Assembly: GCA_963718665.1 (NCBI GenBank)
Contig: OY970359.1
Location: 2,546,872 to 2,610,871, forward strand
DNA from: an uncultured Phycisphaerales bacterium
Lineage (GTDB): Bacteria; Planctomycetota; Phycisphaerae; Sedimentisphaerales; Anaerobacaceae
Direction of reading: 5' to 3'
DNA length: 64,000 nucleotides
The notes below the pieces were generated by a model. That model was given only the letters and a program-made list of their open reading frames with translations. It was not told the DNA's origin and did no database searches. Positions within the stretch are counted from its first letter, which is position 1, and each line of letters starts with the position of its first letter. The translations under genes were made by a program, and so were the position numbers. Positions 52,817-62,656 of this stretch are shown in pieces.

Positions 52817-54133
52817 ATGTTCAGTTACGAGCTTGACATAATAATTTTAATGTTGATTTTCAACGCGGTATTTACTGCGTATGAAATGGGCCTCGCCACC
52901 ATCTCGCGTGCAAGGATTGCCATTCTCGTCAGCGATCGCAAAAAAGGCGCCGACGCCGCCGCTTTTATGAAAGACCGTATGGAGGCCAGTTTGGCCGTCA
53001 TCCAGCTCGGCGTTACCCTCTTTACTACTATTGCCGCTGCTGCGGGTGGTGTTGGTGCGCAGGACGCATTCGCTCCTTATCTTGCCCAGCACTGGCATAT
53101 CTCGATGATGCTGGCAAAGGTCGTCGCTGTTACATTTGTCATTATCCCGCTGACGCTTGTTACCATTGTCTTTGTTGAGCTTGTTCCCAAAATGTTCGCT
53201 CTCAACAACAAGGAATGGATTGTCCTGCGACTCTCGCCTTATATGAAAATCCTGGCGAAAATAATCGACCCCCTTGTCTCCGTTATCGAATTTGTCGTCA
53301 AAAAAATACTTGTTGCTATTTCAAAAATGCAGCCCGGAACACGCGACGCCCAAATCCCCTGGCTCCACGAGCTTCGCGCAGCCGTCTCGCTTGCCCGCAC
53401 GTCCAAGCTTATGGGCGAACGCGAGGAAAAAATCGTTCTTGCCGCCGCGCACCTCTCCAGTCACGCCGCCCATGACATTATGATTCCGGTTAAGGATATC
53501 TCCGCCATTTACGTAGGCAGTACCCTCTCTAAGGCCCTTGTCCAGGCCCACCTTGATATGCACACGCGTTTCCCCATTTGTATGGTCGAAAACGACCCCC
53601 AGACAATCGAGCGCTACCTCAACTTCAAGGACATCGTCTCCGCTCTCCGTATAAATCCCTCCGACCCCACCATCAAAGGCATCTCTCGCCCCATGACCAG
53701 GGTCAAAGAGGATATGCCTCTGCCGAAGTTGCTCGAGATGATGATACAGGAAAAGACCCACATCGTTATCGTCGTCTCCGCCGACAATGCCGTGATGGGT
53801 ATGATTACGCTCGAAGACATCATCGAGGAGCTTGTCGGTGAAATCGAAGACGAATTTGACCGCCTCCCCACGCACATTCACCCTTGTCCCTCCGGCTGGA
53901 TTATGGGCGGCGGCGTCCTTATGACAACCGCCACTTCAACTGTAGGACTCGACTGGTCAGAAAAATTCGCCGGCCGTGTCCCCACCCTCGCCGAATGGTC
54001 CAATCAAACCTTCGGCTCAGCTCTCAAAGGAGGCGAAACCATCGAATCCGACGGCTTGCGCGTTATCCCCAGAAAATTCAGACGCAAAAAACTCCAGGAG
54101 GCAATCGTCTCACTAATCTCCTCTAATTCATAA
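52817..54133 (+). CDS. CNNM/HlyC-CorC family (DUF21 plus CBS) transporter
   Basis: IQLGVT, ELVPK, HTRFP, TLEDIIEELVGEIEDEFD. Confidence 0.9.
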   Translation: MFSYELDIIILMLIFNAVFTAYEMGLATISRARIAILVSDRKKGADAAAFMKDRMEASLAVIQLGVTLFTTIAAAAGGVGAQDAFAPYLAQHWHISMMLAKVVAVTFVIIPLTLVTIVFVELVPKMFALNNKEWIVLRLSPYMKILAKIIDPLVSVIEFVVKKILVAISKMQPGTRDAQIPWLHELRAAVSLARTSKLMGEREEKIVLAAAHLSSHAAHDIMIPVKDISAIYVGSTLSKALVQAHLDMHTRFPICMVENDPQTIERYLNFKDIVSALRINPSDPTIKGISRPMTRVKEDMPLPKLLEMMIQEKTHIVIVVSADNAVMGMITLEDIIEELVGEIEDEFDRLPTHIHPCPSGWIMGGGVLMTTATSTVGLDWSEKFAGRVPTLAEWSNQTFGSALKGGETIESDGLRVIPRKFRRKKLQEAIVSLISSNS

Positions 54134-54143
54134 GGATTATAAA

Positions 54144-55181
54144 ATGAAATACAAACCGAATATCGGCATTATCGGGGCTGGTATGATTGCTGGCCTCCAC
54201 CTCGACGCATTACTCAATGCCAAAAGGGCAAACGTCCTCTGGCTCGCGGACGTCGATAAAAAAGTTCTCACCGAAAAACTAAAAAAATATGATGTCCCAT
54301 ACGGCACAACCGATTATCGCGACATCCTGCGAGACAACAGTATCGACGCCGTTATTGTCGCTGCTCCGCCGTTTGTGCATTTTGACGCCGCCGTTTCAGC
54401 GATGCGGGCGGGCAAACACGTCCTTATCGAAAAGCCCCTTGTGATAAATCGTTCACAAATGAATCGCCTCGTAAAAGAAACCGAAAAACACAAAAACCTC
54501 GTCATCCTCGAATGTTCCGCCAGGCACACCCGCCTCCAGCCCAAATTCCGTTTCGTTAAAAAAATGCTGGACAACGGCGATATCGGCGAGGTCTATCACA
54601 TCCACCACAATCATCTGATGCGGGGAACTTTTATCGAGTACAACCCGCGCGGCGTCTGGTCCCCGAAAAAATCCCTCGCAGGAGGCGGTCCCTTCCTCGA
54701 CTGGGGTGTCTATGACCTCTCTTTCCACCTCGGCCTCCTCGGCGACCGCCCCAAACTTGCCAAAATCAAACGCTTCGCCAGAAACGGCATCAAAATCTTC
54801 TCAAACCCCAAAATCAAATCCGACGTCGAGGAGCACGGCGCCGCCTTAATGGAATTCGATACCGGCCTCACGTACTACTACGAACGCGGCGCAGGCGTCC
54901 ACTGCGAAGTCCCCAACGAAACACGCATCTTCGGCACAAAAGGTTCGCTGCGCTTTTCTATGCCGACCTGGAATTCGCCGCAAATCGAGCGGTTCTGGGT
55001 TAACAAAAATCGCGTCGAAAAACGCACCGTCTATAATGTCGATATGTCAAAACATCCCGGCGACAATCCCGCCCTCATAAATCACTTCCTCGATTGTCTC
55101 GCGGGCAAAACCAAACCGCTGATGCCTGTTTCTCTTGCCGCAAAACACATCGATATACTATTTCAAATACTTGGTAAATAG
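54144..55181 (+). CDS. Gfo/Idh/MocA oxidoreductase
   Basis: IIGAGMIA, GKHVLIEKP, GGGPFLDWGVY. Confidence 0.92.
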   Translation: MKYKPNIGIIGAGMIAGLHLDALLNAKRANVLWLADVDKKVLTEKLKKYDVPYGTTDYRDILRDNSIDAVIVAAPPFVHFDAAVSAMRAGKHVLIEKPLVINRSQMNRLVKETEKHKNLVILECSARHTRLQPKFRFVKKMLDNGDIGEVYHIHHNHLMRGTFIEYNPRGVWSPKKSLAGGGPFLDWGVYDLSFHLGLLGDRPKLAKIKRFARNGIKIFSNPKIKSDVEEHGAALMEFDTGLTYYYERGAGVHCEVPNETRIFGTKGSLRFSMPTWNSPQIERFWVNKNRVEKRTVYNVDMSKHPGDNPALINHFLDCLAGKTKPLMPVSLAAKHIDILFQILGK

Positions 55182-55200
55182 GGCTATAATAGCAACTCGT

Positions 55201-56187
55201 ATGAATAACCAGAACTTTCAAAAAACCGTTGAACTCATAAATAAATCAACTAGAGTGCTGATTACCACCCACACCAAGGTTGATGGCGACGCCGTCGGCT
55301 GCTGTGTAGCGATATCTGAAGCGCTTTCCGCTATGGGCAAAAACCCGCAGATTCTCTTCCTCTCGCCGTTGCCCGACTGGTATGGCTTCCTGCTCGAAAA
55401 GCCCGTTCTTGTCCTCGGCAGGGACATTTCAAAAGACCAGCTTCAACAAAACAAATTCGACCTCATCATTATCGTAGATACCAATAGCTCCAGCCAGTTG
55501 CCCGGTTTCGAGGAATATCTCAAACAGGCCGATACCCCTGTCCTTGTTATCGACCACCACGCCACCTCAGACGGCCTTGGCGACGTCGAGATTGTTGATT
55601 CAGCTGTTTCAGCCGCCTGCTCCATTGTCTTTGACCTGTTCCGGTTTGCCCGCTGGCCCATCACCCCCAAAATCGCCCAGGCACTCTTCGCCGGCATCGC
55701 CACCGACACCGGCTGGTTCCACTTTAGCAACACCACAAGCCGATGCCTCCGCGATTGTGCCAACTTAATCGACGCAGGCGTAAATCCAGCCGATATTTAT
55801 CGTCTCATATACCAGACCTTTTCGCCCCAGCGTTTCAAACTTATGACCGTGATGCAAAACACCCTCGAATTGCATTTCGATGGTCGATATGCCTCGCAGT
55901 TTCTCACACAGCAGGATTTCAAAACCACCGGCGCAAAATACGAAGACACCGAAAATCTCATCGACCAGTGCAGGCGCATCGCCTCAGTCGAGGTCGCCGC
56001 GCTCTTCGTCGAATTAAAAGATGGCAGAATACGCTGCTCGCTTCGCAGCAGGGGGGCTGTGGATGTCTGCAAAATAGCCCGCAAATTCGACGGCGGCGGC
56101 CATACCTCCGCCGCGGGAACCTACCTCCCCGCACCCCTCGACAACGCAAAAAAAATCATCCTTGACGCCGTCAAATCTCAATTATAA
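55201..56187 (+). CDS. nrnA: DHH/DHHA1 nanoRNase/pAp phosphatase
   Basis: HTKVDGDA, IDHH, TDTG, SLRS, GGGH. Confidence 0.88.
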   Translation: MNNQNFQKTVELINKSTRVLITTHTKVDGDAVGCCVAISEALSAMGKNPQILFLSPLPDWYGFLLEKPVLVLGRDISKDQLQQNKFDLIIIVDTNSSSQLPGFEEYLKQADTPVLVIDHHATSDGLGDVEIVDSAVSAACSIVFDLFRFARWPITPKIAQALFAGIATDTGWFHFSNTTSRCLRDCANLIDAGVNPADIYRLIYQTFSPQRFKLMTVMQNTLELHFDGRYASQFLTQQDFKTTGAKYEDTENLIDQCRRIASVEVAALFVELKDGRIRCSLRSRGAVDVCKIARKFDGGGHTSAAGTYLPAPLDNAKKIILDAVKSQL

Positions 56188-56211
56188 TTGCAAAGTGGCT
56201 GGGCGGCCTTT

Positions 56212-56283
56212 TGTCATTCCCGCGCAAGCGGGAATTCGGTAGGGTGTGCTCTGCCTGTCCTGAGCTTGTCGAAGGAGCACACC
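56212..56283. repeat. Composite REP cluster
   Basis: GTCATTCCCGCGCAAGCGGGAAT hairpin, then GTAG-GGTGTGCT...AGCACACC hairpin whose loop carries CCTGTCCTGAGCTTGTCGAAGG. Confidence 0.8.
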
Positions 56284-56355
56284 AATCTTCTTGACTATTC
56301 GCCCAAGGTCAGGTTAAATATCACCTTTTACGAACTTATTATAAGGATGACTGAT

Positions 56356-57549
56356 ATGATTATGAAAGTTAGCAAAAGAGCACAGGCCGTGCCCCCGTCA
56401 GCCACGTTGGCTGTTACCGCAAGGGCGAAAGAACTCAAAGCGCAGGGCATAAACGTCATCGGCTTCGGTGCAGGCGAACCCGATTTCGACACTCCAACAT
56501 ACATCAAGGATGCCGCCATCGCCGCCCTTAACGCAGGCAAAACAAAATATACCCCCGCCTCAGGAACCATCGAGCTGAAAAAGGCAATCGCCGAAAAATT
56601 GCTCAAGGAAAATAAACTCGAATATAAACCCGAACAGGTTGTCATCAACATCGGCGCAAAGCACTCGGTATATGGCGCGATGCAGGCAATCCTCGATCCC
56701 GGCGACGTCGTCATTCTCCCTACCCCGTTCTGGCTCACATATCCCGAAGCTATCAAATTGGCTGGCGCAAAAGTCAAAGTCGTCAAAACCAGCCGGCAGA
56801 ATAGCTACAAGATTACACCCGAACAACTGAAAAAGGCCATCAGCCCCAAAACCAAAATGTTCGTCCTCAACTCCCCCAATAATCCGGGCGGCTTCACCTA
56901 TACCCCCGAAGAACTTGCCCAGCTTGCCAAGGTTCTCGAAGGCACCGATGTCGCAGTCCTCTCCGATGAAATCTACGAACGCCTCGTTTACGCCGGCACC
57001 AAATTCATCAGTTTCGCCGCCCTCAGCAAAGACGCCTACGACCGCACCCTCACAATCAACGGCTTCAGCAAAACCTATTCAATGACCGGCTGGCGACTCG
57101 GCTACACCGCGGGCCCCGTTGACGTCATCAAAGCAATGGGCCGACTCCAGGACCACTCCACATCGAACCCCGTAACCTTCGCCCAGGATGCAGCAATCAC
57201 GGCGTTGAAAGACCCCAATAACGAGGTCGAAAAAATGCGAGTCGAATTCGAAAAACGCGCCCAGTACATGGTTGACCGTCTCAACGCAATCAAAGGCGTC
57301 AAATGCATCCAGCCCACAGGCGCATTCTACTGCTTCCCCGATGTCTCCGCATATTTCGGTAAAACAAAAGGCGGCATCGAAATCAAAGGCAGTATGGATT
57401 TCGCCAAAGCCCTCCTCGAACAGGCCAACGTCGCCGTCGTTCCGGGTCTGCCCTTCGGCTGTGATAAAAATGTCCGCCTTAGTTTCGCAACCTCGATGCA
57501 GAATATCACCGAAGGTATCGACCGAATCCAGAAGTGGCTGAGTTCGTAA
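56356..57549 (+). CDS. aspC: Aspartate aminotransferase (class I PLP)
   Basis: AGEPDFDTP, NSPNNP, SDEIY, SKTYSMTGWRLG. Confidence 0.9.
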   Translation: MIMKVSKRAQAVPPSATLAVTARAKELKAQGINVIGFGAGEPDFDTPTYIKDAAIAALNAGKTKYTPASGTIELKKAIAEKLLKENKLEYKPEQVVINIGAKHSVYGAMQAILDPGDVVILPTPFWLTYPEAIKLAGAKVKVVKTSRQNSYKITPEQLKKAISPKTKMFVLNSPNNPGGFTYTPEELAQLAKVLEGTDVAVLSDEIYERLVYAGTKFISFAALSKDAYDRTLTINGFSKTYSMTGWRLGYTAGPVDVIKAMGRLQDHSTSNPVTFAQDAAITALKDPNNEVEKMRVEFEKRAQYMVDRLNAIKGVKCIQPTGAFYCFPDVSAYFGKTKGGIEIKGSMDFAKALLEQANVAVVPGLPFGCDKNVRLSFATSMQNITEGIDRIQKWLSS

Positions 57550-57612
57550 CCGGTCGCCCGTGGCCCAGGGCAGATTATATCGAATCTGGACCTCAGTACC
57601 GTTACCTCATAA

Positions 57613-58488
57613 TTATTTGAACAATACAGCGACCTTTTTCTTTTGTGCCGCCGTTATCGCTTTTGGCTTTGTCCAGACCGCCATATCCAAACTTCGTCTG
57701 CAGTCGCAATCTTCGCAGACCATCTCGTGCCTGTCTGCCAGAATTGCCTTAATCAGTTCGAGGCAGTTACCGCTTGCCTTTTGCAGGTTCCCGATTATCT
57801 CGCGCAAAAGCTCCTGCTTGTCTCTTTTTTTCTTCTGTGGCTTCCAGCAGTCGTAATCGCTCACCAGAGCTACCAGCGAATAGCACATTTGCGCCTCCCT
57901 CGCTAATTTCGCCTCCGGCATCGCCGTCATCCCAATCAGATCTCCTCCCCAAATCCTGTACATAAGCGATTCTGCCCGCGTCGAGAACATCGGCCCCTCT
58001 ATCCCGATGTATGTTCCTTTGCGATGCGTCCTGACGTCCAATTTTTTCGCCGCCTCCGCGATAATATTTCCCAGTCGATTACACGTCGGTTGCGCCATCT
58101 CCGTGTGAACGGCTCCGAAAGTGTCGAAGAAAGTATTTTGGCGGCGGAAGGTGCGGTCGATAAACTGGTCAACTATGACAAGCTCGCCGGGCTGGATTTT
58201 TTTATGCAGCGAACCCACGGCGCACGTCGCTATGATTGCGTGTGCGCCAAGTTTTTTTAATGCGAAGATATTCGCGGCATAGGGCACCTCACTGGGCGAT
58301 AATTTGTGGCCTGGGCCGTGGCGGTTGATGAACGCCACCCGTTTCTTGCCTATCTTACCAATCATAATCCTGTCGCTGGGTTTCCCGAAGGGTGTTTTCA
58401 CGTCGTGAAACTTCGCGTTTTCAATTTTGTCGGCCAGCACATCACCCAGCCCCGACCCGCCTATCAAGCCAGTCAATCCTTGCTCCAT
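57613..58488 (-). CDS. mtnP: S-methyl-5'-thioadenosine phosphorylase
   Basis: IGGSG, TPFG.PS, EGPMFSTRAES, GMT..PEAKLAREA, DYDCW. Confidence 0.95.
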   Translation of the reverse strand: MEQGLTGLIGGSGLGDVLADKIENAKFHDVKTPFGKPSDRIMIGKIGKKRVAFINRHGPGHKLSPSEVPYAANIFALKKLGAHAIIATCAVGSLHKKIQPGELVIVDQFIDRTFRRQNTFFDTFGAVHTEMAQPTCNRLGNIIAEAAKKLDVRTHRKGTYIGIEGPMFSTRAESLMYRIWGGDLIGMTAMPEAKLAREAQMCYSLVALVSDYDCWKPQKKKRDKQELLREIIGNLQKASGNCLELIKAILADRHEMVCEDCDCRRSLDMAVWTKPKAITAAQKKKVAVLFK

Positions 58489-58625
58489 ATTTGCCTCCAG
58501 GTTACCCTAAATTACCAACATATCTGCTTATATCGTCGATTAGAACGTATTTTCTCTAATTAGCTTTTCTGTTCTTCAATGTCTTGGTATAATATGAATT
58601 ACACCCGTTTTTTTATATGTAAAAA

Positions 58626-59585
58626 ATGACGATAACCGAACGTATAAAGGAAAAGGCCCTCGAGCTGGGTTTTGACCTCGTGGGTGTTACTGATGCCTCT
58701 CCGGTTGGCAGGGAGCAGGTCAGTCGGCTTATTGGCTGGCTCGATGCCGGCTATGCGGGCCGGATGACCTGGCTGCACTCAAATCTCGAAAAACGCACCG
58801 ACCCCGCCAAACTCCTGCCCGGCGCCAAATCCGTTATCGTCGTCGCTCTTAATTATAAACCGCAGAATGGTCATCCGTCTTCTGTCCTCCGTCATCCGTC
58901 TGCCGTCCCAATGGGCCGGGTTGCCCAGTTTGCCCAATATGATGATTATCATCCGTTTATAAAAAAAATGCTGCGCCAGCTCGCCGATTTTATCGCTTCA
59001 GCGACCTGTCCGATGCAGTTCAAGATTTGTGTTGATTCCACACCTTTGCTCGAACGGGCGCTGGCCGTAAGAGCGGGATTGGGCGTAATCGGCAAAAATC
59101 GTATGCTGGTCAATCCTCGCCTCGGCCCGGCGATTTTCCTTGGGGAAATTATTACCAATATCGAGCTTGACCCAGATAAGCCATTGAAGGATTCCTGCCC
59201 GGATTTCGGCAAATGCGTCGCTGCCTGCCCGACAGGGGCGTTGAAACAGGATGGCTCATTCGACGCCACTAAGTGTATCAGCTATCTGACTATCGAGGCC
59301 AATACCGATGTGCCGGCGGAGCTGACGCCGAAGATTGGCAACCACCTCTTTGGCTGTGCCGAATGTCTGATGGCTTGTCCTTACCATCAAAAAGCGCCGA
59401 CTTGCACCAACAAGGAATTTGTTCATCACGCCGACCGGGCTGAATTGAATTTGAATGATTTACTCAACCTTACCGAGGAGCAGTTCAAGATTCAGTTTGC
59501 CCGTTCGCCGATTCTTCGCCCCGGCCTGTCTCACCTCAAAAAGATTGCCCAGATTTGCATTCAGAATGCCAGCCAAAGTGCTTAG
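58626..59585 (+). CDS. queG: Epoxyqueuosine reductase
   Basis: DYH, VDSTPLLER, GLGVIGKN, ACPTGAL..DATKCISYLTIE. Confidence 0.9.
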   Translation: MTITERIKEKALELGFDLVGVTDASPVGREQVSRLIGWLDAGYAGRMTWLHSNLEKRTDPAKLLPGAKSVIVVALNYKPQNGHPSSVLRHPSAVPMGRVAQFAQYDDYHPFIKKMLRQLADFIASATCPMQFKICVDSTPLLERALAVRAGLGVIGKNRMLVNPRLGPAIFLGEIITNIELDPDKPLKDSCPDFGKCVAACPTGALKQDGSFDATKCISYLTIEANTDVPAELTPKIGNHLFGCAECLMACPYHQKAPTCTNKEFVHHADRAELNLNDLLNLTEEQFKIQFARSPILRPGLSHLKKIAQICIQNASQSA

Positions 59586-59685
59586 CCACAGATTACGCAG
59601 ATTGCACAGATTTTTTAGCCACAGAGAGCACAGGGGACACAGAGGTTTTTAACCACCGATTGGCACGGATGGACACGGATTTACA
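59585..59685 (+). repeat. Three consecutive 9-mer arrays
   Basis: CCACAGATT-ACGCAGATT-GCACAGATT; CCACAGAGA-GCACAGGGG-ACACAGAGG; GCACGGATG-GACACGGATT. Confidence 0.85.
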
Positions 59686-59965
59686 CTGTATTTGCTCGGC
59701 TTTGCGTTCTGCGGCGAGGTTTTTTCCCGAAGCACACTTCTTCAAAAGACCATCGCCTTGTCCGCAGAAACCCTAAAAAGTGGGTTTCTTTGTATAAGCC
59801 GAGCAAAATAACGCGGATTTTCGGCTGACAATTTTTCATATTGCCCTTTTATAAAGCTGACTGCTGTTCCTTCGGCAAGTTTGCCGGCTGACTGTAAAAT
59901 GACGCAGATTTGCTGATGTTGGCCGAAACAAATTCATAAGAACCCTTCTTCGTTGTCAAATAAGG

Positions 59966-59999
59966 TCATAGTCCTTTTGACTAATCAAAAGGACTATGA
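59966..59999. repeat. Perfect 15-bp inverted repeat
   Basis: TCATAGTCCTTTTGA-CTAA-TCAAAAGGACTATGA. Confidence 0.9.
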
Positions 60000-60185
60000 G
60001 CATCTTAATCAAGTGCAGGTAGAGATTGGTTAGCTTGGGTTTTTATGGTGGGGGCGATTGCTTCTCCAATGGGGTACGCCAGACCGCGGCCCGTCCGCTA
60101 CAGGCGGGGATAGTTAGTGTTGAATGCTTGACGACTACCTGCAAAAAGGTATAATAAAATTGCTTTTGGCTGGAGGCAAAAGGCA

Positions 60186-60689
60186 ATGAGGAAAAAAGGT
60201 TTTTCATTAATAGAATTGCTGGTTGTGATGGCAATCATATCCCTGATGATGGGTATCCTGATGCCGGCGATAACGAGGGCGTGGCAGGCGGCCTTACAAC
60301 TGGTAGCACCGTATGTTACAGGCACAAATCCTCAGACATACGCCAATGATGTAACGCCTTCACTTGATGAAATAACGGTTACATTTGACCAGGTGATGAA
60401 GGACAATTCATGGTCGTGGACGGGCGGAGGTGAGACATACCCGCAAACTACGGGGCAACCGAGCTATGACCCAAATAGAACAATATGCCGTTTGCCGGTC
60501 AGGCTGGAGCCGGGAAAGGTTTATTGGGTAGGTGTAAACGGCCCAATTTATTATCAGAATTTTTTTAAGAGCGCCGAATATGGAGCCCCGGCCAGGCGAT
60601 ACGTGATTTTGTTTGCAACTACGGACCTGGATGGAAAGCCGACGGCTATACCTGCTGATTTGCTGGCAAAAGCGAAGGAGATTAACTAA
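60186..60689 (+). CDS. Prepilin N-terminal protein fused to an Ig-like (Big_5-like) domain
   Basis: KKG/FSLIELLVV; P.VTGTNP..DV...ITVTFDQ.M. Confidence 0.85.
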   Translation: MRKKGFSLIELLVVMAIISLMMGILMPAITRAWQAALQLVAPYVTGTNPQTYANDVTPSLDEITVTFDQVMKDNSWSWTGGGETYPQTTGQPSYDPNRTICRLPVRLEPGKVYWVGVNGPIYYQNFFKSAEYGAPARRYVILFATTDLDGKPTAIPADLLAKAKEIN

Positions 60690-60710
60690 CAGAGCAAAAG
60701 GGGGAGGGGG

Positions 60711-60787
60711 GATTCTCGATGCTGGATACTGGATACTGGATACTGGATTCTCGATGCTGGATACTCGATACTGGATACTTGATACTC
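60711..60787 (+). repeat. Eleven-unit heptamer tandem repeat, consensus GATACTG
   Basis: gattctc gatgctg (gatactg)3 gattctc gatgctg gatactc gatactg gatactt gatactc. Confidence 0.95.
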
Positions 60788-61131
60788 GTAGCGGATTCGG
60801 CTTCGCCGAATATTAATCTAAAACGGTTGAATTAGGGGCGGTTCTGTGGGCAAAAGCTAATTGATATCAGTAAAGAGTTACTCAGTTTGGCAGCCAATCC
60901 TGCCATTACGGCATTCAGTCATCTTTTGTGTCGATTATTGTGTGTTACATAAGTTATTATGGGGCAAGGCATTACGTCAATATGGTTAATTATGGTTGAC
61001 GTCGGCACGGCGTTTGCAGATACTAAAACAATTGTCCTATGTGAAGGATGCCTTGTTGGCCAGGGTGGGCCGAGAGTAATGTATATCTCTCATTATTGCC
61101 TTGGTCGGTTCTGGTTTAAGGAACTGAAAAA

Positions 61132-62469
61132 ATGTCTGTGGTAAAAGATGAAAATGTTTCGATAAAAACCCACCTAAATTCTGAGTCCCCACTAACCGCT
61201 GATGCCTTTGATGCACTCATTAACCATAAGCATGAGGATATAAACGTCGACTACAAGGAGAATTTTAATCCCACCGATGAGAAGGACTGGCACAGTATAA
61301 CTTCTGATGCGATGGCTTTTGCCAATGTTTCAGGCGGGTATATCGTTTTTGGCGTAAGAGATGGAGATTTTTGCCCAGTTGGTTTATCTGAATCCTCTGC
61401 CAAAGCATTAATAGATACCAATATGGTCATTCAAAAAATGAACCGTCATGTCGCACCACCATTTTCAATGATCAGCACAAAGGCCTATACCATGCCATCC
61501 GGACTCGTCGTTGTGGTTATGCACATACCTGAATCTAAAGGTAGAACACATATTTTCGTAAAAGAGGTCTCATACAAATACCCGTCTGGCAAGGAAAAAC
61601 TTCTATCCTATGCAGGTATGATTTATGTGAGACGAAGCGCCACAAATCAAGTCATTCAACCCGAGGATTTCGAGTTCATAATAGAACGGAGGATAAAATA
61701 TTACAAAGAATTACTTCACGAAAATATCGCGAAAGTCGTGGAAGCACCTATGGGACATCAAGTTTTGGTATTCGACCCAAACGCAACCAGTGAAGCAAAA
61801 AATACATTTTCTATTTCTGACAGGGCCGACGCTATTTCTGTCAAAGGTATGAGTTTCACAACTGCTCCGCAAACTGATGTCGAGGAGATATGCGGATGGA
61901 TTGCGCTTTCGCAGAGACATGCAGATTTTCAGCCGGACGAGGAAAGACTCTGGTACATGTATTCCAAAAGGCATGAACTCATCCTAACAAACGTGCAGCT
62001 TATCGAAATACTCAGATTTTATTTACTGAGAGAGCTCCCAACCTTTTTTTGGATGAGACGTCTCACGGCCGAAGAAATTGGTGTATGTTTATTAAAAATA
62101 TTACGCGGCTCAAAGAACAAACGAATTAGAAAAGATATAGTGAATGTAGCGGCATTTCTAGGAGGTGGATTTAATTCAAAGATACGCCGGGGCTTTGATG
62201 ATGAAGAATTATACCGTGACTTACGATGTATTCAGAATAATCCCTCCGATGCCTTTTCTTTTAAGGCTTTGATTGACGGCGACGAGGAAAACTTGGAGCA
62301 GAGATTAACAGAACTTGCTTCGCAACTTTCTCAGGGCAGCAGAGACGTTTTACAAAAGCTGCGTGCCAAAGAGCTCGACTGCCGTTTGTATGCGAGGACC
62401 GACAAATACATCTTACAACCCACGGAAACGGCAAAAGAGCCGCCAATCGAACTCCGCCATTCGGTATAA
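61132..62469 (+). CDS. AlbA_2/Schlafen-like domain protein
   Basis: EDINVDYKE, AFANVSGGYIVFGVRD, IYVRRSATN. Confidence 0.82.
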   Translation: MSVVKDENVSIKTHLNSESPLTADAFDALINHKHEDINVDYKENFNPTDEKDWHSITSDAMAFANVSGGYIVFGVRDGDFCPVGLSESSAKALIDTNMVIQKMNRHVAPPFSMISTKAYTMPSGLVVVVMHIPESKGRTHIFVKEVSYKYPSGKEKLLSYAGMIYVRRSATNQVIQPEDFEFIIERRIKYYKELLHENIAKVVEAPMGHQVLVFDPNATSEAKNTFSISDRADAISVKGMSFTTAPQTDVEEICGWIALSQRHADFQPDEERLWYMYSKRHELILTNVQLIEILRFYLLRELPTFFWMRRLTAEEIGVCLLKILRGSKNKRIRKDIVNVAAFLGGGFNSKIRRGFDDEELYRDLRCIQNNPSDAFSFKALIDGDEENLEQRLTELASQLSQGSRDVLQKLRAKELDCRLYARTDKYILQPTETAKEPPIELRHSV

Positions 62470-62656
62470 GCAAATAACCCCGTCACACGCCAAGGGCGAT
62501 GATGACGGGGCTAAATATTATTTGGAGTTTGACGCATTGATTTCGTTGGCGTAATCTTCGCGCAAATAACTGGGTCCCCGGCAGAAAACCAAGGGAGCTA
62601 ACCCCGAGGATCTTCGCTGCGCTCCGAAAAACCCCGATGAGATAGGCAAGGCCATC

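Noticed and set aside
59683..59937. Two small ATGA-coupled minus-strand ORFs (33 and 52 aa)
   Set aside because: No recognisable motifs, and they overlap inverted repeats. Kept only as an alternative in the duplicated-element finding.
59585..60787. 9-mer and 7-mer arrays as CRISPR
   Set aside because: No constant repeat with unique spacers.
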